64,000 nt of DNA from Nanobdellota archaeon (GCA_038046005.1 JBBSXB010000005.1:19732-83731), one strand, 5' to 3'. Positions 50,601 through 60,819 are shown, counted from the stretch's first letter. Translations and numbers: made by a program. Notes: generated from the letters alone by a model not told the origin.

Positions 50601-50672
50601 GGTGATGCTGTTGATAAAAGATATGTAAAATTAAGACTTGATAAGCTCCTGAAATTGGCAAAAAAGCCCTAA
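47631..50672 (+). CDS. PrgI/VirB3-like + VirB4 ATPase + C-terminal PD-(D/E)XK-like domain fusion
   Basis: KEKIVFGLTFKQL plus TMs; AQSGGGKS; LLIDEAW; RKFNLG; C-terminal KPDIVF...YAIEIETG. Confidence 0.85.
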   Translation: MYEIPQQLEYKEKIVFGLTFKQLAYAFGFFPLVFFLLFKINASWAVRIFLAIYPASLAVGFIFFDLDEKLKKWISWFMLREISAKREKGKIDKLWEMISEKNKKFLIERWKRMKKDKEGFWFKLSKWLNRNRIKEFFSIIKVEDNLIYTKKNKIAVLKVEPINFDIKHEKEKEAITLAFQKLLNSLDFPIQIVMTTDNLSLESYLSNLGEKSHSKQIFHEYEKHIKGVVKNESVSNRNFYLAIPEKTNLDIQIKICEERLHALNLKTYRLNDKQLEKLFSNFNDAEKIENSPFYVSIKDNIIRTIYAHGYPRSVEAGFLDKIVSSVGNFNLSIHIEPMPLESTMVLLNRELQKQRADLYAAKIKDQINPSLEIKYKDTLNILRNLQKGDEKLFNVSLYIACTSDRKDKLDLLTKKVESELNSLLIIPKWTDFQMIQGYKSCLPLCEDSINMKRNITTKGLSTFFPFTSSFFKFDKTGIWFGLNRNKIPIIRDVFKLPNPNGLVLAQSGGGKSYFCKLLISRYLLNNTKVMVIDLQGEYNALVSHFKGQTINLSRDSPTIINPLDLMGHNYLEKRLSLLDLMKIMLGELTDIQRAYIDRAITETYKRKGITKNPDTWNNEPPILGDLIKVLDSMEKKGSKLEQSTLASLSNRLDMYVHGVFSFLNRKTNINFNNNFVSFDVSNLPAQIKPAIMFLVLDYIYMKMKSNLNRKILLIDEAWLLLSRAEDAGYIFEIVKTCRKFNLGLLLINQEVEGMLDSKAGKSVLANSSYTFLMRQKPAVIDTICKTFHLSNNERTHLLTANVGEGLLIMEDDHSILRVIASPEEHKLITTNPDELKNFKVQPKKAVYKDVNIRINEDKRYFRKKLLGKDEINFLLSKEYKICEYKSLLTDRMETFLLQPRHNESPMHLFMTKNIAEYLEKNGIEVELYTTVKPDIVFGINGKRYAIEIETGSYLSRMKGFKEKVETLNKNYDEWFFVVTNKNKVKIYKKFGDAVDKRYVKLRLDKLLKLAKKP

Positions 50673-50835
50673 AAAATAGCACCCCCTATTTTCTAGCACA
50701 AAGTTATCTTATCGTCGGAAAAATATTATAAATATCCCTCGGAGCCACTCGACTTAATATGTATGTATAGGGGTGGTGGCGCCTATATAATGCAAATATT
50801 TATATACAGTAAAATAGTGAGAAAATTAACTTAAA

Positions 50836-52947
50836 ATGGCTAAAATACATGCTTTGCTGTTGGCAATTTTAGGGGTGATAGTTCTGACTGGACTTGTAAG
50901 TGCTTCAATTACGGAAGTGGACGTCAACAGCCTAGATGTTAACAATGAAAATGCTTTTATTGCTGTTGGAAGCACAAATTCCTTTGAGGTATATTTCACT
51001 GCAGATAACTATGACAGCGATGTCCAGGTAAGAGTAAAATTAAACGGCCAAAATATAAATTATGAGGCAGTAACCCCTCCTTTTGATGTAGAATTTGGGA
51101 ATTCATACCAAAAAACATTGTACATAACAATTCCTGCTCAATCTACCTTGGATTATGGAAATGAAACAACTGTGTTAATAGATATTGAAGGAGATAATTA
51201 TCAGGAATCTAAACAGTTTACTGTTAGTGTGGTCAAGCCAAATAGTGGAGATAGTGATGGTGGAGGAGGTCCAAATCCGAGTTCGTTCAATTTCTGTGAG
51301 TACAACAATGGTTCACCGAATAATCCTGGAGATTTATATGTTGCAATAAGGGATGTAGAGGTTACTGATGGGTTTGGAGAAAATGCAGAATTTTATCCTT
51401 TGGATAATGTTGAGTTCAAGATCAAGGTGGAAAACAATGGAGATTATGATGTAGAGGACATATCTCTTGAATGGGGAATTTATGATGAAGACACTAGGGA
51501 ATGGATAAAGAATGTCGCTCAAGATAGCAACTTTGATCTTACTAGCGGAGATGACGACACTTATGTTATTTTGTTCAGTTTAAATGAAAGCGATTTGGAT
51601 ATAAACCTATCGGATCTTGATAATGGTGACAGCTATACAATATACTCAAGAATAACTGGAAAAATGTCGCAAGGAGATTTCAAAGGACAGAAAACATGTG
51701 GTTGGGATTATCAGGATGTTGAAATAAGGCTGGATCGGAGCTTTGTTGTCCTAAAAAATATTGTTTTAGACAAAGAGACTTTTGTAGCAGGGGAGGAAGT
51801 TAATATTGGTGCAGATGTTTGGAATATTGGGACTCGTAATCAAGAGAATGTTTCCGTTAGAATTTTTAATGAGGAGTTAGGTATTAACAAAGAAGTTTTG
51901 ATCGGGAATGTTAATGTGTTTGAGAATGAGAAGTTTAGCACAAAAATCCTAATTCCTTTCAATACTCTGGAGAAATTTTATATAATTCAACTGGAAGTAC
52001 TGGACATCAACGAAAATGTTTTTGAGAACAGTAACAATGATGAGGCAATTTTTGGAGTGTTACTCAAAGTTAGATTGCCTACTCTTGAAATGGAGATAAT
52101 GCAGCCTTTGAATAATTCAATAGTTGTGGGAAATTCCGTGACTTTAATCGTCAACACGAATGAAAATGCTATTTGCAAATATGGATTGGGCATCATTGGA
52201 CCGACTTATGGGGGAGGTTCATATCCTAAAGAGATGTCTATTACGGGAGGAACCATTCATTCTCAGTTAATTGAAAATCTTAACCCAAGTGCTGAGCTAG
52301 AGAGGTATTTTGTTTCAGTTAGCTGTATGAATCAATTTAAAGAATCTAAAAACGCAAAGGTTTATTTCAGAGTTGCAGAAGCGCCTGTTTCTGACACAAC
52401 TGCTCCTATTATCATTCTTTTGGATCCTGATGATAATAAAGATTTTGAAACATCAAATAATGACAAGACAATAGCCTTTGGGTACACAGTCAGCGATGAA
52501 TCAAGCATTTCTAGTTGTAGCTTAATCATTGACAACAATGTCGAAGAAACAGATAGCAATGTTGAAAAGGATACGGAAAACTTGTTCAGAATCAGTTTAG
52601 ACAGCGATGAAAGCTATGATTGGAGAGTTGAATGCACTGATGTTTATGGAAACAGAGGAATTTCTGAAACAAGAGGAATAAGTATAGACAGAAAAAGTAG
52701 CTCTGACGGCGGTGGAAGTTCTCGTATAAAAATCCTTACCACTGAGCCAACAAATAATGGACAGCCCAAGAAAATAAATTTTGAAGCATTGAATTTTGAC
52801 AGCAGTCCTATAGATCTTGGAAGTGAAAAACCATTACAGGTGAAATCCATTGATTCTAAAGTAAAAATAGAAAGTTGGCTAATTCCAATGTTGATTGTTG
52901 GAATTTTGTTTTTGCTAGCTATGATTGTGGTTTTCAGAAGAAGATAA
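50836..52947 (+). CDS. Acidic S-layer-like surface protein (Ig/CARDB-like domains, C-terminal TM + RRR)
   Basis: Signal peptide, beta-rich acidic domains, WNIG motif, TM-VVFRRR. Confidence 0.75.
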   Translation: MAKIHALLLAILGVIVLTGLVSASITEVDVNSLDVNNENAFIAVGSTNSFEVYFTADNYDSDVQVRVKLNGQNINYEAVTPPFDVEFGNSYQKTLYITIPAQSTLDYGNETTVLIDIEGDNYQESKQFTVSVVKPNSGDSDGGGGPNPSSFNFCEYNNGSPNNPGDLYVAIRDVEVTDGFGENAEFYPLDNVEFKIKVENNGDYDVEDISLEWGIYDEDTREWIKNVAQDSNFDLTSGDDDTYVILFSLNESDLDINLSDLDNGDSYTIYSRITGKMSQGDFKGQKTCGWDYQDVEIRLDRSFVVLKNIVLDKETFVAGEEVNIGADVWNIGTRNQENVSVRIFNEELGINKEVLIGNVNVFENEKFSTKILIPFNTLEKFYIIQLEVLDINENVFENSNNDEAIFGVLLKVRLPTLEMEIMQPLNNSIVVGNSVTLIVNTNENAICKYGLGIIGPTYGGGSYPKEMSITGGTIHSQLIENLNPSAELERYFVSVSCMNQFKESKNAKVYFRVAEAPVSDTTAPIIILLDPDDNKDFETSNNDKTIAFGYTVSDESSISSCSLIIDNNVEETDSNVEKDTENLFRISLDSDESYDWRVECTDVYGNRGISETRGISIDRKSSSDGGGSSRIKILTTEPTNNGQPKKINFEALNFDSSPIDLGSEKPLQVKSIDSKVKIESWLIPMLIVGILFLLAMIVVFRRR

Positions 52948-53049
52948 TTTTCTTTTACCTTATGTAAGTAACAAATAAAATTGTGAAAATACTTCAAATA
53001 GACTGGAAGTTATAACAATGTTTATATAATATAATGTCTACGAATTGTC

Positions 53050-54159
53050 ATGGATAAAAGAGCAATTTATACTATGCTAATAATTCTTATTGTTCTTGTA
53101 CTGGGGCTTGGAGTTTCAGCCTTTGTTTTGAATGAAAAAGGAATCTTGAATTTTGGAGGAGATTCTACTAATAAGGGACCATCACAATTAGCAGACGCAA
53201 CAGGAGGAAAATATTATAGTGGAACTTGGGAATGTAGTAATAGTGGAGAGTGTGCTGAAGATCAAGAATGTGTGAATTACATCTGCCAAGAAATTATTTG
53301 TGAAAGTTATTGCACTCATTTAGAAAATCATCAATGTTTGACTTATGAATGCTGTGCAAACTCTGATTGTGATAGCGGTTTTTCCTGTATAGATAATGAG
53401 TGTAGAGCAAGTATAATTGACATTAGAAATAAAATTGCTTTTAGTAATGAAGGAGTGATTTATACAATGAATTTTGATGGCTCTGAGGTAAAAAAATTAA
53501 CAGATGTTGGAATTCATTATGGGCGGTATCCAGAATGGTCTCCAAAAGGAGATAAAATCGCTTTTGGATGGCATAGCATTTATACAATAAATATTGATGG
53601 AACAGATAAAAAATTTATAACATCTGGAAGCTATCCTTCATGGACTTCCAACAGCGAAAGTCTTGTTTATTCATCTTCTACAGCTAGCTTAGGAGAATTT
53701 AACGGAATAGGAATCATAAACATTACAAATGCTGAAGGTAAAGTTATCTCTGAAGGTTACCATGGCAACCTAGAAGTTTCTCCAGATGGAAATAGGATAG
53801 CATATATCTTTTCTGTAGCTGGAGGGGGCGGAGGTCCTAATGGAGGATCTTTTTCCAGAATTCATATAATGGATGTTAATGGAAATAACGACAGATTTAT
53901 TGCAGAGGGGAATTCCCCTTCTTGGTCCCCTGATGGAAATAAAATAGTCTATTCAACAACTGAGGTTAAAATAGTAGATGTAGAAACTAAAGAAATATTT
54001 TCCTTGACAAAAGGATTTAATCCATCCTGGTCTCCAAAAGGAGATAAAATTATTTATACAGATAGTGATGGTGAGGGAATCTCTATGATTAACCTTGATG
54101 GTACTAATAAAAAAACATTGACGGATTTTGGGGATTGGGCTTCCTGGTCTCCAATATAA
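53050..54159 (+). CDS. Membrane-anchored Cys-rich + TolB-like (PD40) beta-propeller protein
   Basis: N-terminal TM, Cys cluster, repeated PxWSPxGxKI. Confidence 0.85.
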   Translation: MDKRAIYTMLIILIVLVLGLGVSAFVLNEKGILNFGGDSTNKGPSQLADATGGKYYSGTWECSNSGECAEDQECVNYICQEIICESYCTHLENHQCLTYECCANSDCDSGFSCIDNECRASIIDIRNKIAFSNEGVIYTMNFDGSEVKKLTDVGIHYGRYPEWSPKGDKIAFGWHSIYTINIDGTDKKFITSGSYPSWTSNSESLVYSSSTASLGEFNGIGIINITNAEGKVISEGYHGNLEVSPDGNRIAYIFSVAGGGGGPNGGSFSRIHIMDVNGNNDRFIAEGNSPSWSPDGNKIVYSTTEVKIVDVETKEIFSLTKGFNPSWSPKGDKIIYTDSDGEGISMINLDGTNKKTLTDFGDWASWSPI

Positions 54160-54641
54160 AAATAACTTTCAAATATAAAGTTTCTGATGAATCTAGTATA
54201 AGTAGCTGTAAATTGATTGTTAATGGTGACGTGGAAGAAACAGACAGCAGTGTGGAAAAGGATGTGGAAAATTCATTCAGAGTTGATTTAGACAGCGATG
54301 AAAACTATGACTGGAGGATTGAATGCACAGACGAGTATGGAAATAAGGGTGTTTCTGCGACATGGGATTTTGATATAGACGAAATAAGAGACACTAGCAG
54401 TAGTGGAAGTTCTCATACCAAAAATTTGTTGATTGATGATTCAAGTAATGTTGAACAACCTAAAAAAACAAATTTTGAAACATTGAATTTTGATGACAAC
54501 ACTATAGAACTTGGGAATGAAAAACCGATACAAATGAAATCTACTACTTCTAGCATTAAAATAGAAAATTGGATAATTCCGATTTTGATTGTTGGAATTT
54601 TGTTCTTGCTAATTATGATTGTGGTTTTCAGAAGAAGATAA
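54160..54641 (+). pseudogene. Headless paralog of the C-terminal module of 50836-52947
   Basis: VSDESSISSCxLI...YDWRxECTD..GN.G...GILFLL.MIVVFRRR shared; no signal peptide or good start. Confidence 0.7.
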
Positions 54642-54744
54642 TTTTTCTTTTACTGTATTAAAGTAATAAAAGAAAGCTACTAAAATAACATATGAAAAAG
54701 GTTTCATAAAATAAGTTTATATATATGTGGGTCTTGAAATAATT

Positions 54745-55242
54745 ATGTGGGAAAAGAGGTTAAAGTTATTAATTATCTGTTCTTTTTTATTGCTCTTTGT
54801 TTTTACTTTACAGATTCAGTCCGCTTTGTCTAATAATGATTCAAACCCTACAAAAAGACTTCCTAACCCAGATCGTGGGGGCGGATCCATGCCAGCTATA
54901 ATGACAGAACTAACTGAAAATGGCAATTCCTATAACATGAAATCTGGAGGGTTAGAGTTTAGTATGAATGGGAAGAGATACATTGTTCAGACAAGCAGAG
55001 TTAAGGACGAATATGCAAATTTTAGTGTTTTGTCTTTAAATACTGAAAGTTTAGAAAAGAATCAAATAGACACTTCGGATGCAAACTTTACTCTAAGATT
55101 AAATGAGATAAAAAACATTGACCTTGACAATGATAATGCAGATGATATCTCAGTAAGACTGAATTCAATAAGTGCTACAGGAAGATATAAATCAATTCGA
55201 TCAGCAAATTTTATAATCAAAAAAATAGGAGGAGGCAAATAA
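54745..55242 (+). CDS. Secreted hypothetical protein
   Basis: Signal peptide; DLDNDNADD Ca-loop-like motif. Confidence 0.7.
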   Translation: MWEKRLKLLIICSFLLLFVFTLQIQSALSNNDSNPTKRLPNPDRGGGSMPAIMTELTENGNSYNMKSGGLEFSMNGKRYIVQTSRVKDEYANFSVLSLNTESLEKNQIDTSDANFTLRLNEIKNIDLDNDNADDISVRLNSISATGRYKSIRSANFIIKKIGGGK

Positions 55243-55245
55243 TAA

Positions 55246-55794
55246 ATGGAAAAAGAACTAAAACTTATTTTGGTATTTTTTTCTATCTTAATCTTATTTT
55301 CTATTAACTCCACTTATGTGCAAGCTTCAGTTTCAGATGTTGGTGTTGAATATGATGAAGAAATAATAGGGCAATTCCTAACTAGTGAATGGGTATCTGT
55401 TATGATTGATGTTAAAGATTTTTCTAATATTACCATTAATAAAAATGATTCTGTCGAAATTGAAACCATAAAAGACAACATGAAATGGAGTGTATATAAA
55501 AATACATCCGATGCTGTTTTGTCTAATCTTTCAGAAGAAGAATTCATACTAGAAAGAAAATCCGACTTTGGCGTATTTTTTTCAGGAAATATAAGTAAAG
55601 AAGGTTTTGAGAAGCTGTTGAGAGATGAGAGAGTTTTAAGCATAAGCATTAAGAAAGGAGGATCATTACATACCCTTGCTGACGTAACATCTGCTAATGG
55701 TATGCTGATTTTTTTTCTGCCTGCTGTTTTAATTATTATCTTGATAATTTTGTTGGTTAAATTGAACAGAAAGAGACAATGGAAAAAAAGATAG
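55246..55794 (+). CDS. Stand-alone, membrane-anchored homolog of the neighbouring subtilase propeptide (I9-like)
   Basis: Signal peptide, shares EFILERKSDFGVFFSGNI with the 55779 gene, C-terminal TM plus basic tail. Confidence 0.8.
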   Translation: MEKELKLILVFFSILILFSINSTYVQASVSDVGVEYDEEIIGQFLTSEWVSVMIDVKDFSNITINKNDSVEIETIKDNMKWSVYKNTSDAVLSNLSEEEFILERKSDFGVFFSGNISKEGFEKLLRDERVLSISIKKGGSLHTLADVTSANGMLIFFLPAVLIIILIILLVKLNRKRQWKKR

Positions 55795-58700
55795 CCATAG
55801 TTGCGGTGACTTTTATTTTAATTTTAGTTAATTTAGTGGGTGCTGTTAAAGGAGCAGGAATTAGCGAAAAAGGGGTAGAGTATGATAATGAAATAACAGA
55901 AAAGTTTGCTAATCAATCAATGAACAAAACATCTGAAGAAAAAAACCTGGTTTCTGTCATGATAAGAATGAAAGATTTTTCCGATATTTCCGTTCAAAAA
56001 AGCGATTCAATAAATACTCAAAAACAAAAAGATGAGGAGAGATGGAGCATTTATAAAGGCACTTCCGAATCTGTCCTATCGACTCTCTCGGAAAATGAAT
56101 TTATATTAGAAAGAAAATCTGATTTTGGAGTATTCTTTTCTGGAAACATCACTGAAGAAGGGTTTAATAAGTTATTAAATGATGGAAGGGTAGAAAAAAT
56201 AAATATTAAGAAAGGTGGTTATTTACATCTGGCTCAAAGTGCTCCTTTAATAAATGCAGATAATGCATGGAGTTCTGGATATTCTGGAGTAGGTCAAACT
56301 GTTTGTGTTATTGATACGGGTGTAGATTATACTCGTGGGGATTTAGGAGGATGTTTTGGGGGAACTTGTAAAGTTGCTGGAGGGTATGATTATGTTGTAC
56401 CAGATTCTGACCCAATAGATGAATATGGCCATGGAACAAATGTTGCAGGAATCGTTGCTTCTTCTGATTCTACAAACACAGGAATTGCACCCGACGCGCG
56501 TCTTGTTGCTTTAAGAGCTTGTCCCGGAGGAGCGACTTGTGATGAGGATGATGTTGCAGATTCTTTGCTTTGGTGCTACAATAATCGTAATACATATAAT
56601 ATTTCTGTAGTTACGATGAGCCTTGGTTTTGATAATGGAGATGGTCAATGCGGAACAAATTGGGCTAATCCTGAGATAGATCTTCTTTATAATGCTGGAA
56701 TAACTTTAATAGCCTCTTCTGGAAACAATGATGATGAAGATGAAATTCATTATCCTGCTTGTAATGATAAAGTAATTGCTGTTGGGGCAACTTATGATTT
56801 TGGAAATGGAAGCCAAGAAGTTGATTGGTGTAAAGAGGTAAATGGAGGAACGTTATTGTTTGGAGCATGTTGGCTCGGAGAATTAGGTATTTTACCATTT
56901 AGTTGTGCAGACTATCCTGCAGTGGATAATATTGCTTGTTTTACTAATAGGGGACCTGAACTTGATTTGTTGGCGCCAGGGTGTTGGATCACTGCTTCAG
57001 GACCAGCATATTGTGGGACCTCTCAGGCAGCACCACATGTTGCAGGAGCAGTAGCATTATTAAGACAAAAGAAATCGGATTTAACTCCCTTAAGTGTAAA
57101 AAATATTTTGCAAACTACTGGAGATTCTGTTGGAAGTTGGAAAAGAATTGATGTAGATGCAGCTTTGGATTCAATTCCAACAGCATGTAGCTGTAGTTCT
57201 TGGAGTTTTTCAGGAGGATGTGGAACTGGAGGGTGTAATTCACAGCAAAGACCACAAACAAGAAGTTGTACTCCTGATGTATGCCAATCTGAAACACAGT
57301 GCGTTTATGATGAAAGTTGTGTTGGAGGTGAAGGAAACACAACTGGTAACGGTAACAGTTGTACCGAATCAGGATATTATCAGTGTTATGAATACAATTT
57401 TGGAGATTGTGACGTAAGATTGGCAGCTAATTGGTATGATGATGTTCCAAATGATATAAGTTGGGGAGCTGTTAATGATAACTGGGATCCATATGTTATT
57501 GGACAATATAATATTGGGTGGACTGGAGTTGATGCTCAACAAATGTATTATGATGTAGATAATCCAGATGAAGATTGTACTCAAGATATAGGTGGTCAAA
57601 GATATTGTCAAGGAGGATGTGATGGAATAGAGATAGCAAACACTGGCACAAGAACCACCGTGACTGCTCCAGGAGTGGCTCACACTGAGAGAGTTTTAGC
57701 ATATGACGACACGCCCAATTATTGTTGTTGGGCGTATTTTAACTCTTTTTATCCTGGCTATATTAACGACCCTGACATTTACGTCTTAAATTGTTTTAAT
57801 GACACCGACTGTTCTGCTAGCCAATATTGTAATAAAGCTGGAAGTTGGAGTACGTGGAGCTGTGTTAACAAAAAAAGCAACGGGCAATCTTGCACTTTAG
57901 ACTCTCAATGTTCTTCAGGATATTGTGATAATGATGGAGTCGGATTAACTGATGATGGTTGGTGCTTTTCACCTTATAACACTTATTTTGATGGTCAGGA
58001 AACAAATTATTGTGAGGTGTCAACAAATAATGGAATAAATGACTGTGATGAAAAACAAGCAGGAACTGATTTGAACAAATGCATAGGTGTTGCTTATTAC
58101 GAAGAAGAATGTAGTTCTACTTGTAATTATCTAGATGTGAACACTACTTTTGAATGTGGAGAAACTGGTTGTTCTTGCTCACAACCTCTTTGTGATGGGC
58201 TAACTGCAAATACCAATATAACTACTTGTTCTGACGAAGAAACTTATTTTGCCGACAAATGCACTTCCAGTGCAAATGGTCAGGACAGAAATGATAGCAT
58301 CTGTCGATCTTCAACTTTCGCTTCTAGTTGTACTGCTAGTTCGCAATGTAATGGAGTAATTGTAGGAACTGGAAATTGCAATAGTTCTTGCCAGTATGTC
58401 ACAGACAGCCCACCAACAACAACTCTTAACGGCCCAACAAATAACTCGATTTTAAACCAAAGCAACGTTGTGTTTAATTGTTCAGAAACCGATGATAAAA
58501 ACCTAGCCAATATTACTCTTTATGGAAATTGGAGTGGGGGATGGCATGCAAATGAAACAAAATTGGTTTCTGGAGTTTCAAATTCTACGACATTTACAAA
58601 AATGTTAGGCAATGGAAGTTATAAATGGAATTGCCTATCTTATGACAATGCATCTCAAAGCGATTGGGCTAACTCAAATTGGACTTTTATAATTAATTTA

Positions 58701-60362
58701 ACACAACAACAGCCATCACCAAGCATTAATTTAAATTTAATTTATCCCACAACGAGTATTAATACAACAAAGAATCAATTTTTTAATGTAACTCTTAATG
58801 TCACGTGCAAAAATGCAGATTGCGGAGAGATCAATGTGAGCTTGGATCCAGAGCCTGTGACTACTTACACAAAAAGTAGTGATACAATCTGCAATGGAAA
58901 TACTTGCACAACGACATTATATTCTGGTATAAGGAATGTTTTTGAAGATGGAGAATGGAAAAAAATTGAAGATGCTAGGAGTCTAAAAAATAAAAATTTT
59001 GAGATTAAATATTTAGACAGTGATGATGATTACAAATTAAATGTGTTAGATTTTAATTACACTTCAATTCAGTTTGAACTAGAAATTTCAAATAATAAAC
59101 TTAATCAAAACATCCCAATAAGACTATGGGAAGTAAACGATTCTAAATTATCAAACGAGAACATTGTAAAAAATTCATACAAGGATTATTCTGATATTAA
59201 AATAAATAATAATGTCAAGCAATCCTCTGCTAAAAAGGTATATACTTCTAATTTCGGCTTAGGAAAAATTTTAGAAATTGGTGGAAATTCAACTACAATT
59301 ACTTTACAAGATGCAGATACAGAAAATTTAAATGATGTGTATACATCTTATAATTCACCAGATACTAACTATGATGGAGATTATTTATCTTTGCTTCAAT
59401 ATTCTCATAGTTTTGCCAGAGATTCTTGGATAATGTTTAATTTAAGCTCCTTGCAAAGTGGAAATGAAATTTTAGATGCGGTTTTTTCTTGGATGTATTA
59501 CAGTTTAACTCAGAACACGACTAATGAGTTGCATGCATGTTTTAACCCTTGTTCTTGGACAGAGGAAAATTTAACATGGAATTCTAGACCATCATATAAT
59601 CAAACTGCTTATAATGTAACTAATCAATCGCAATCCTCTGGGAATAGATATAATTTCAATGCTACTGGATTAGTAAAAGAAACATTTTCTGGAGGATATA
59701 ATAATGTCACGTTAGTTATAAGAAATTTAAATATTGCTGGAAGTAGGGACTATTATTCTAAAGAGATGGGTACAGTTTTACAGAGACCTTATCTTAACAT
59801 AACATATACAACTGGTGGTGTGCCAGAGGGAATAAAAGGTTTGATAAATTCAACAATTGGTGCCGTGCCGTTTTATACGAATCAAAGCAATCCAAGAGCA
59901 ATTAATCTAAGCGTGAATCAAAGCCAGCTCGTTACCTTTTGGGTAAATGCTACAGGAAATAATGGAACTTATGAATTTTTTGCTTTTGCAAATAAAACCA
60001 GTAATCCTTCAATTTCAAATATAACGAGCAGATGGAATGTTACAATAACAGAAACATCTCAGCAACAGCCATTAATTGACGTTACAAACCTATCACAGCT
60101 TTACTGGAATGAGCAAAAACAAAGAACCTTTGGATTTTTCATAAAAAATATTGGAAATTCAACTCTTAGTAATGTGGCATGGAAAGTCAATACTGGAGAC
60201 AATCTAACAACGTATTCCCAATTTAACTCTACATTGGTTATAAATGAAAGCAAGTATGTTGTTTTTGAATACAATTATACAACCTCTGGGTCATACACTG
60301 TAAATGCAACAGCATGGGCTCAAGGCACATCAGATTCACAAAGTATGCAAATAGGAGTTTAA
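55779..60362 (+). CDS. Large secreted S8 subtilase with Cys-rich, Ig-like, DNRLRE-like and CARDB-like domains
   Basis: VIDTG, HGTNVAG, SSGN, GTSQAAPHVAG; SWIMFNLS...RPYLNITY. Confidence 0.92.
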   Translation: MEKKIAIVAVTFILILVNLVGAVKGAGISEKGVEYDNEITEKFANQSMNKTSEEKNLVSVMIRMKDFSDISVQKSDSINTQKQKDEERWSIYKGTSESVLSTLSENEFILERKSDFGVFFSGNITEEGFNKLLNDGRVEKINIKKGGYLHLAQSAPLINADNAWSSGYSGVGQTVCVIDTGVDYTRGDLGGCFGGTCKVAGGYDYVVPDSDPIDEYGHGTNVAGIVASSDSTNTGIAPDARLVALRACPGGATCDEDDVADSLLWCYNNRNTYNISVVTMSLGFDNGDGQCGTNWANPEIDLLYNAGITLIASSGNNDDEDEIHYPACNDKVIAVGATYDFGNGSQEVDWCKEVNGGTLLFGACWLGELGILPFSCADYPAVDNIACFTNRGPELDLLAPGCWITASGPAYCGTSQAAPHVAGAVALLRQKKSDLTPLSVKNILQTTGDSVGSWKRIDVDAALDSIPTACSCSSWSFSGGCGTGGCNSQQRPQTRSCTPDVCQSETQCVYDESCVGGEGNTTGNGNSCTESGYYQCYEYNFGDCDVRLAANWYDDVPNDISWGAVNDNWDPYVIGQYNIGWTGVDAQQMYYDVDNPDEDCTQDIGGQRYCQGGCDGIEIANTGTRTTVTAPGVAHTERVLAYDDTPNYCCWAYFNSFYPGYINDPDIYVLNCFNDTDCSASQYCNKAGSWSTWSCVNKKSNGQSCTLDSQCSSGYCDNDGVGLTDDGWCFSPYNTYFDGQETNYCEVSTNNGINDCDEKQAGTDLNKCIGVAYYEEECSSTCNYLDVNTTFECGETGCSCSQPLCDGLTANTNITTCSDEETYFADKCTSSANGQDRNDSICRSSTFASSCTASSQCNGVIVGTGNCNSSCQYVTDSPPTTTLNGPTNNSILNQSNVVFNCSETDDKNLANITLYGNWSGGWHANETKLVSGVSNSTTFTKMLGNGSYKWNCLSYDNASQSDWANSNWTFIINLTQQQPSPSINLNLIYPTTSINTTKNQFFNVTLNVTCKNADCGEINVSLDPEPVTTYTKSSDTICNGNTCTTTLYSGIRNVFEDGEWKKIEDARSLKNKNFEIKYLDSDDDYKLNVLDFNYTSIQFELEISNNKLNQNIPIRLWEVNDSKLSNENIVKNSYKDYSDIKINNNVKQSSAKKVYTSNFGLGKILEIGGNSTTITLQDADTENLNDVYTSYNSPDTNYDGDYLSLLQYSHSFARDSWIMFNLSSLQSGNEILDAVFSWMYYSLTQNTTNELHACFNPCSWTEENLTWNSRPSYNQTAYNVTNQSQSSGNRYNFNATGLVKETFSGGYNNVTLVIRNLNIAGSRDYYSKEMGTVLQRPYLNITYTTGGVPEGIKGLINSTIGAVPFYTNQSNPRAINLSVNQSQLVTFWVNATGNNGTYEFFAFANKTSNPSISNITSRWNVTITETSQQQPLIDVTNLSQLYWNEQKQRTFGFFIKNIGNSTLSNVAWKVNTGDNLTTYSQFNSTLVINESKYVVFEYNYTTSGSYTVNATAWAQGTSDSQSMQIGV

Positions 60363-60363
60363 A

Positions 60364-60819
60364 ATGAAAATCAAACTAGATAAAAAAGGTAAAGTGAAAT
60401 TGGTTTTAATAGCCTTGTTTGGATTATATTTACTTTTAGTTCCACTGATATTATCTATAAATGAAACTAATGACACAAATGTTGTAAATGATAGTCAGCT
60501 AAATGTTTCGGATAATTTGGTGATTCAAGATTTCAACATAACAAATGAAACTATAATTAATGAAACAACTGCAGATATTATTCAAACAACAGATGCAAAT
60601 ATTCAATCTCCTATTGGAGAGATAGACTACACAACAATTTCATTGCCCTATGGGGAAGAAGAAATTTCCGTTATAATTGATTATCCAACCGAAACAAACA
60701 ATTGCGTTACTCTGAACAAAGCAAACAAAAACTCAATGAATGCCTATTCAACAGCAACTTGTGATGGAAAATACCATGAGAAATTATCAACTTTATTAAA
60801 ACAGGCAGGAATAATATGA
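60364..60819 (+). CDS. Membrane-anchored Asn/Thr-rich hypothetical protein
   Basis: N-terminal TM, several N-x-T/S sequons. Confidence 0.7.
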   Translation: MKIKLDKKGKVKLVLIALFGLYLLLVPLILSINETNDTNVVNDSQLNVSDNLVIQDFNITNETIINETTADIIQTTDANIQSPIGEIDYTTISLPYGEEEISVIIDYPTETNNCVTLNKANKNSMNAYSTATCDGKYHEKLSTLLKQAGII

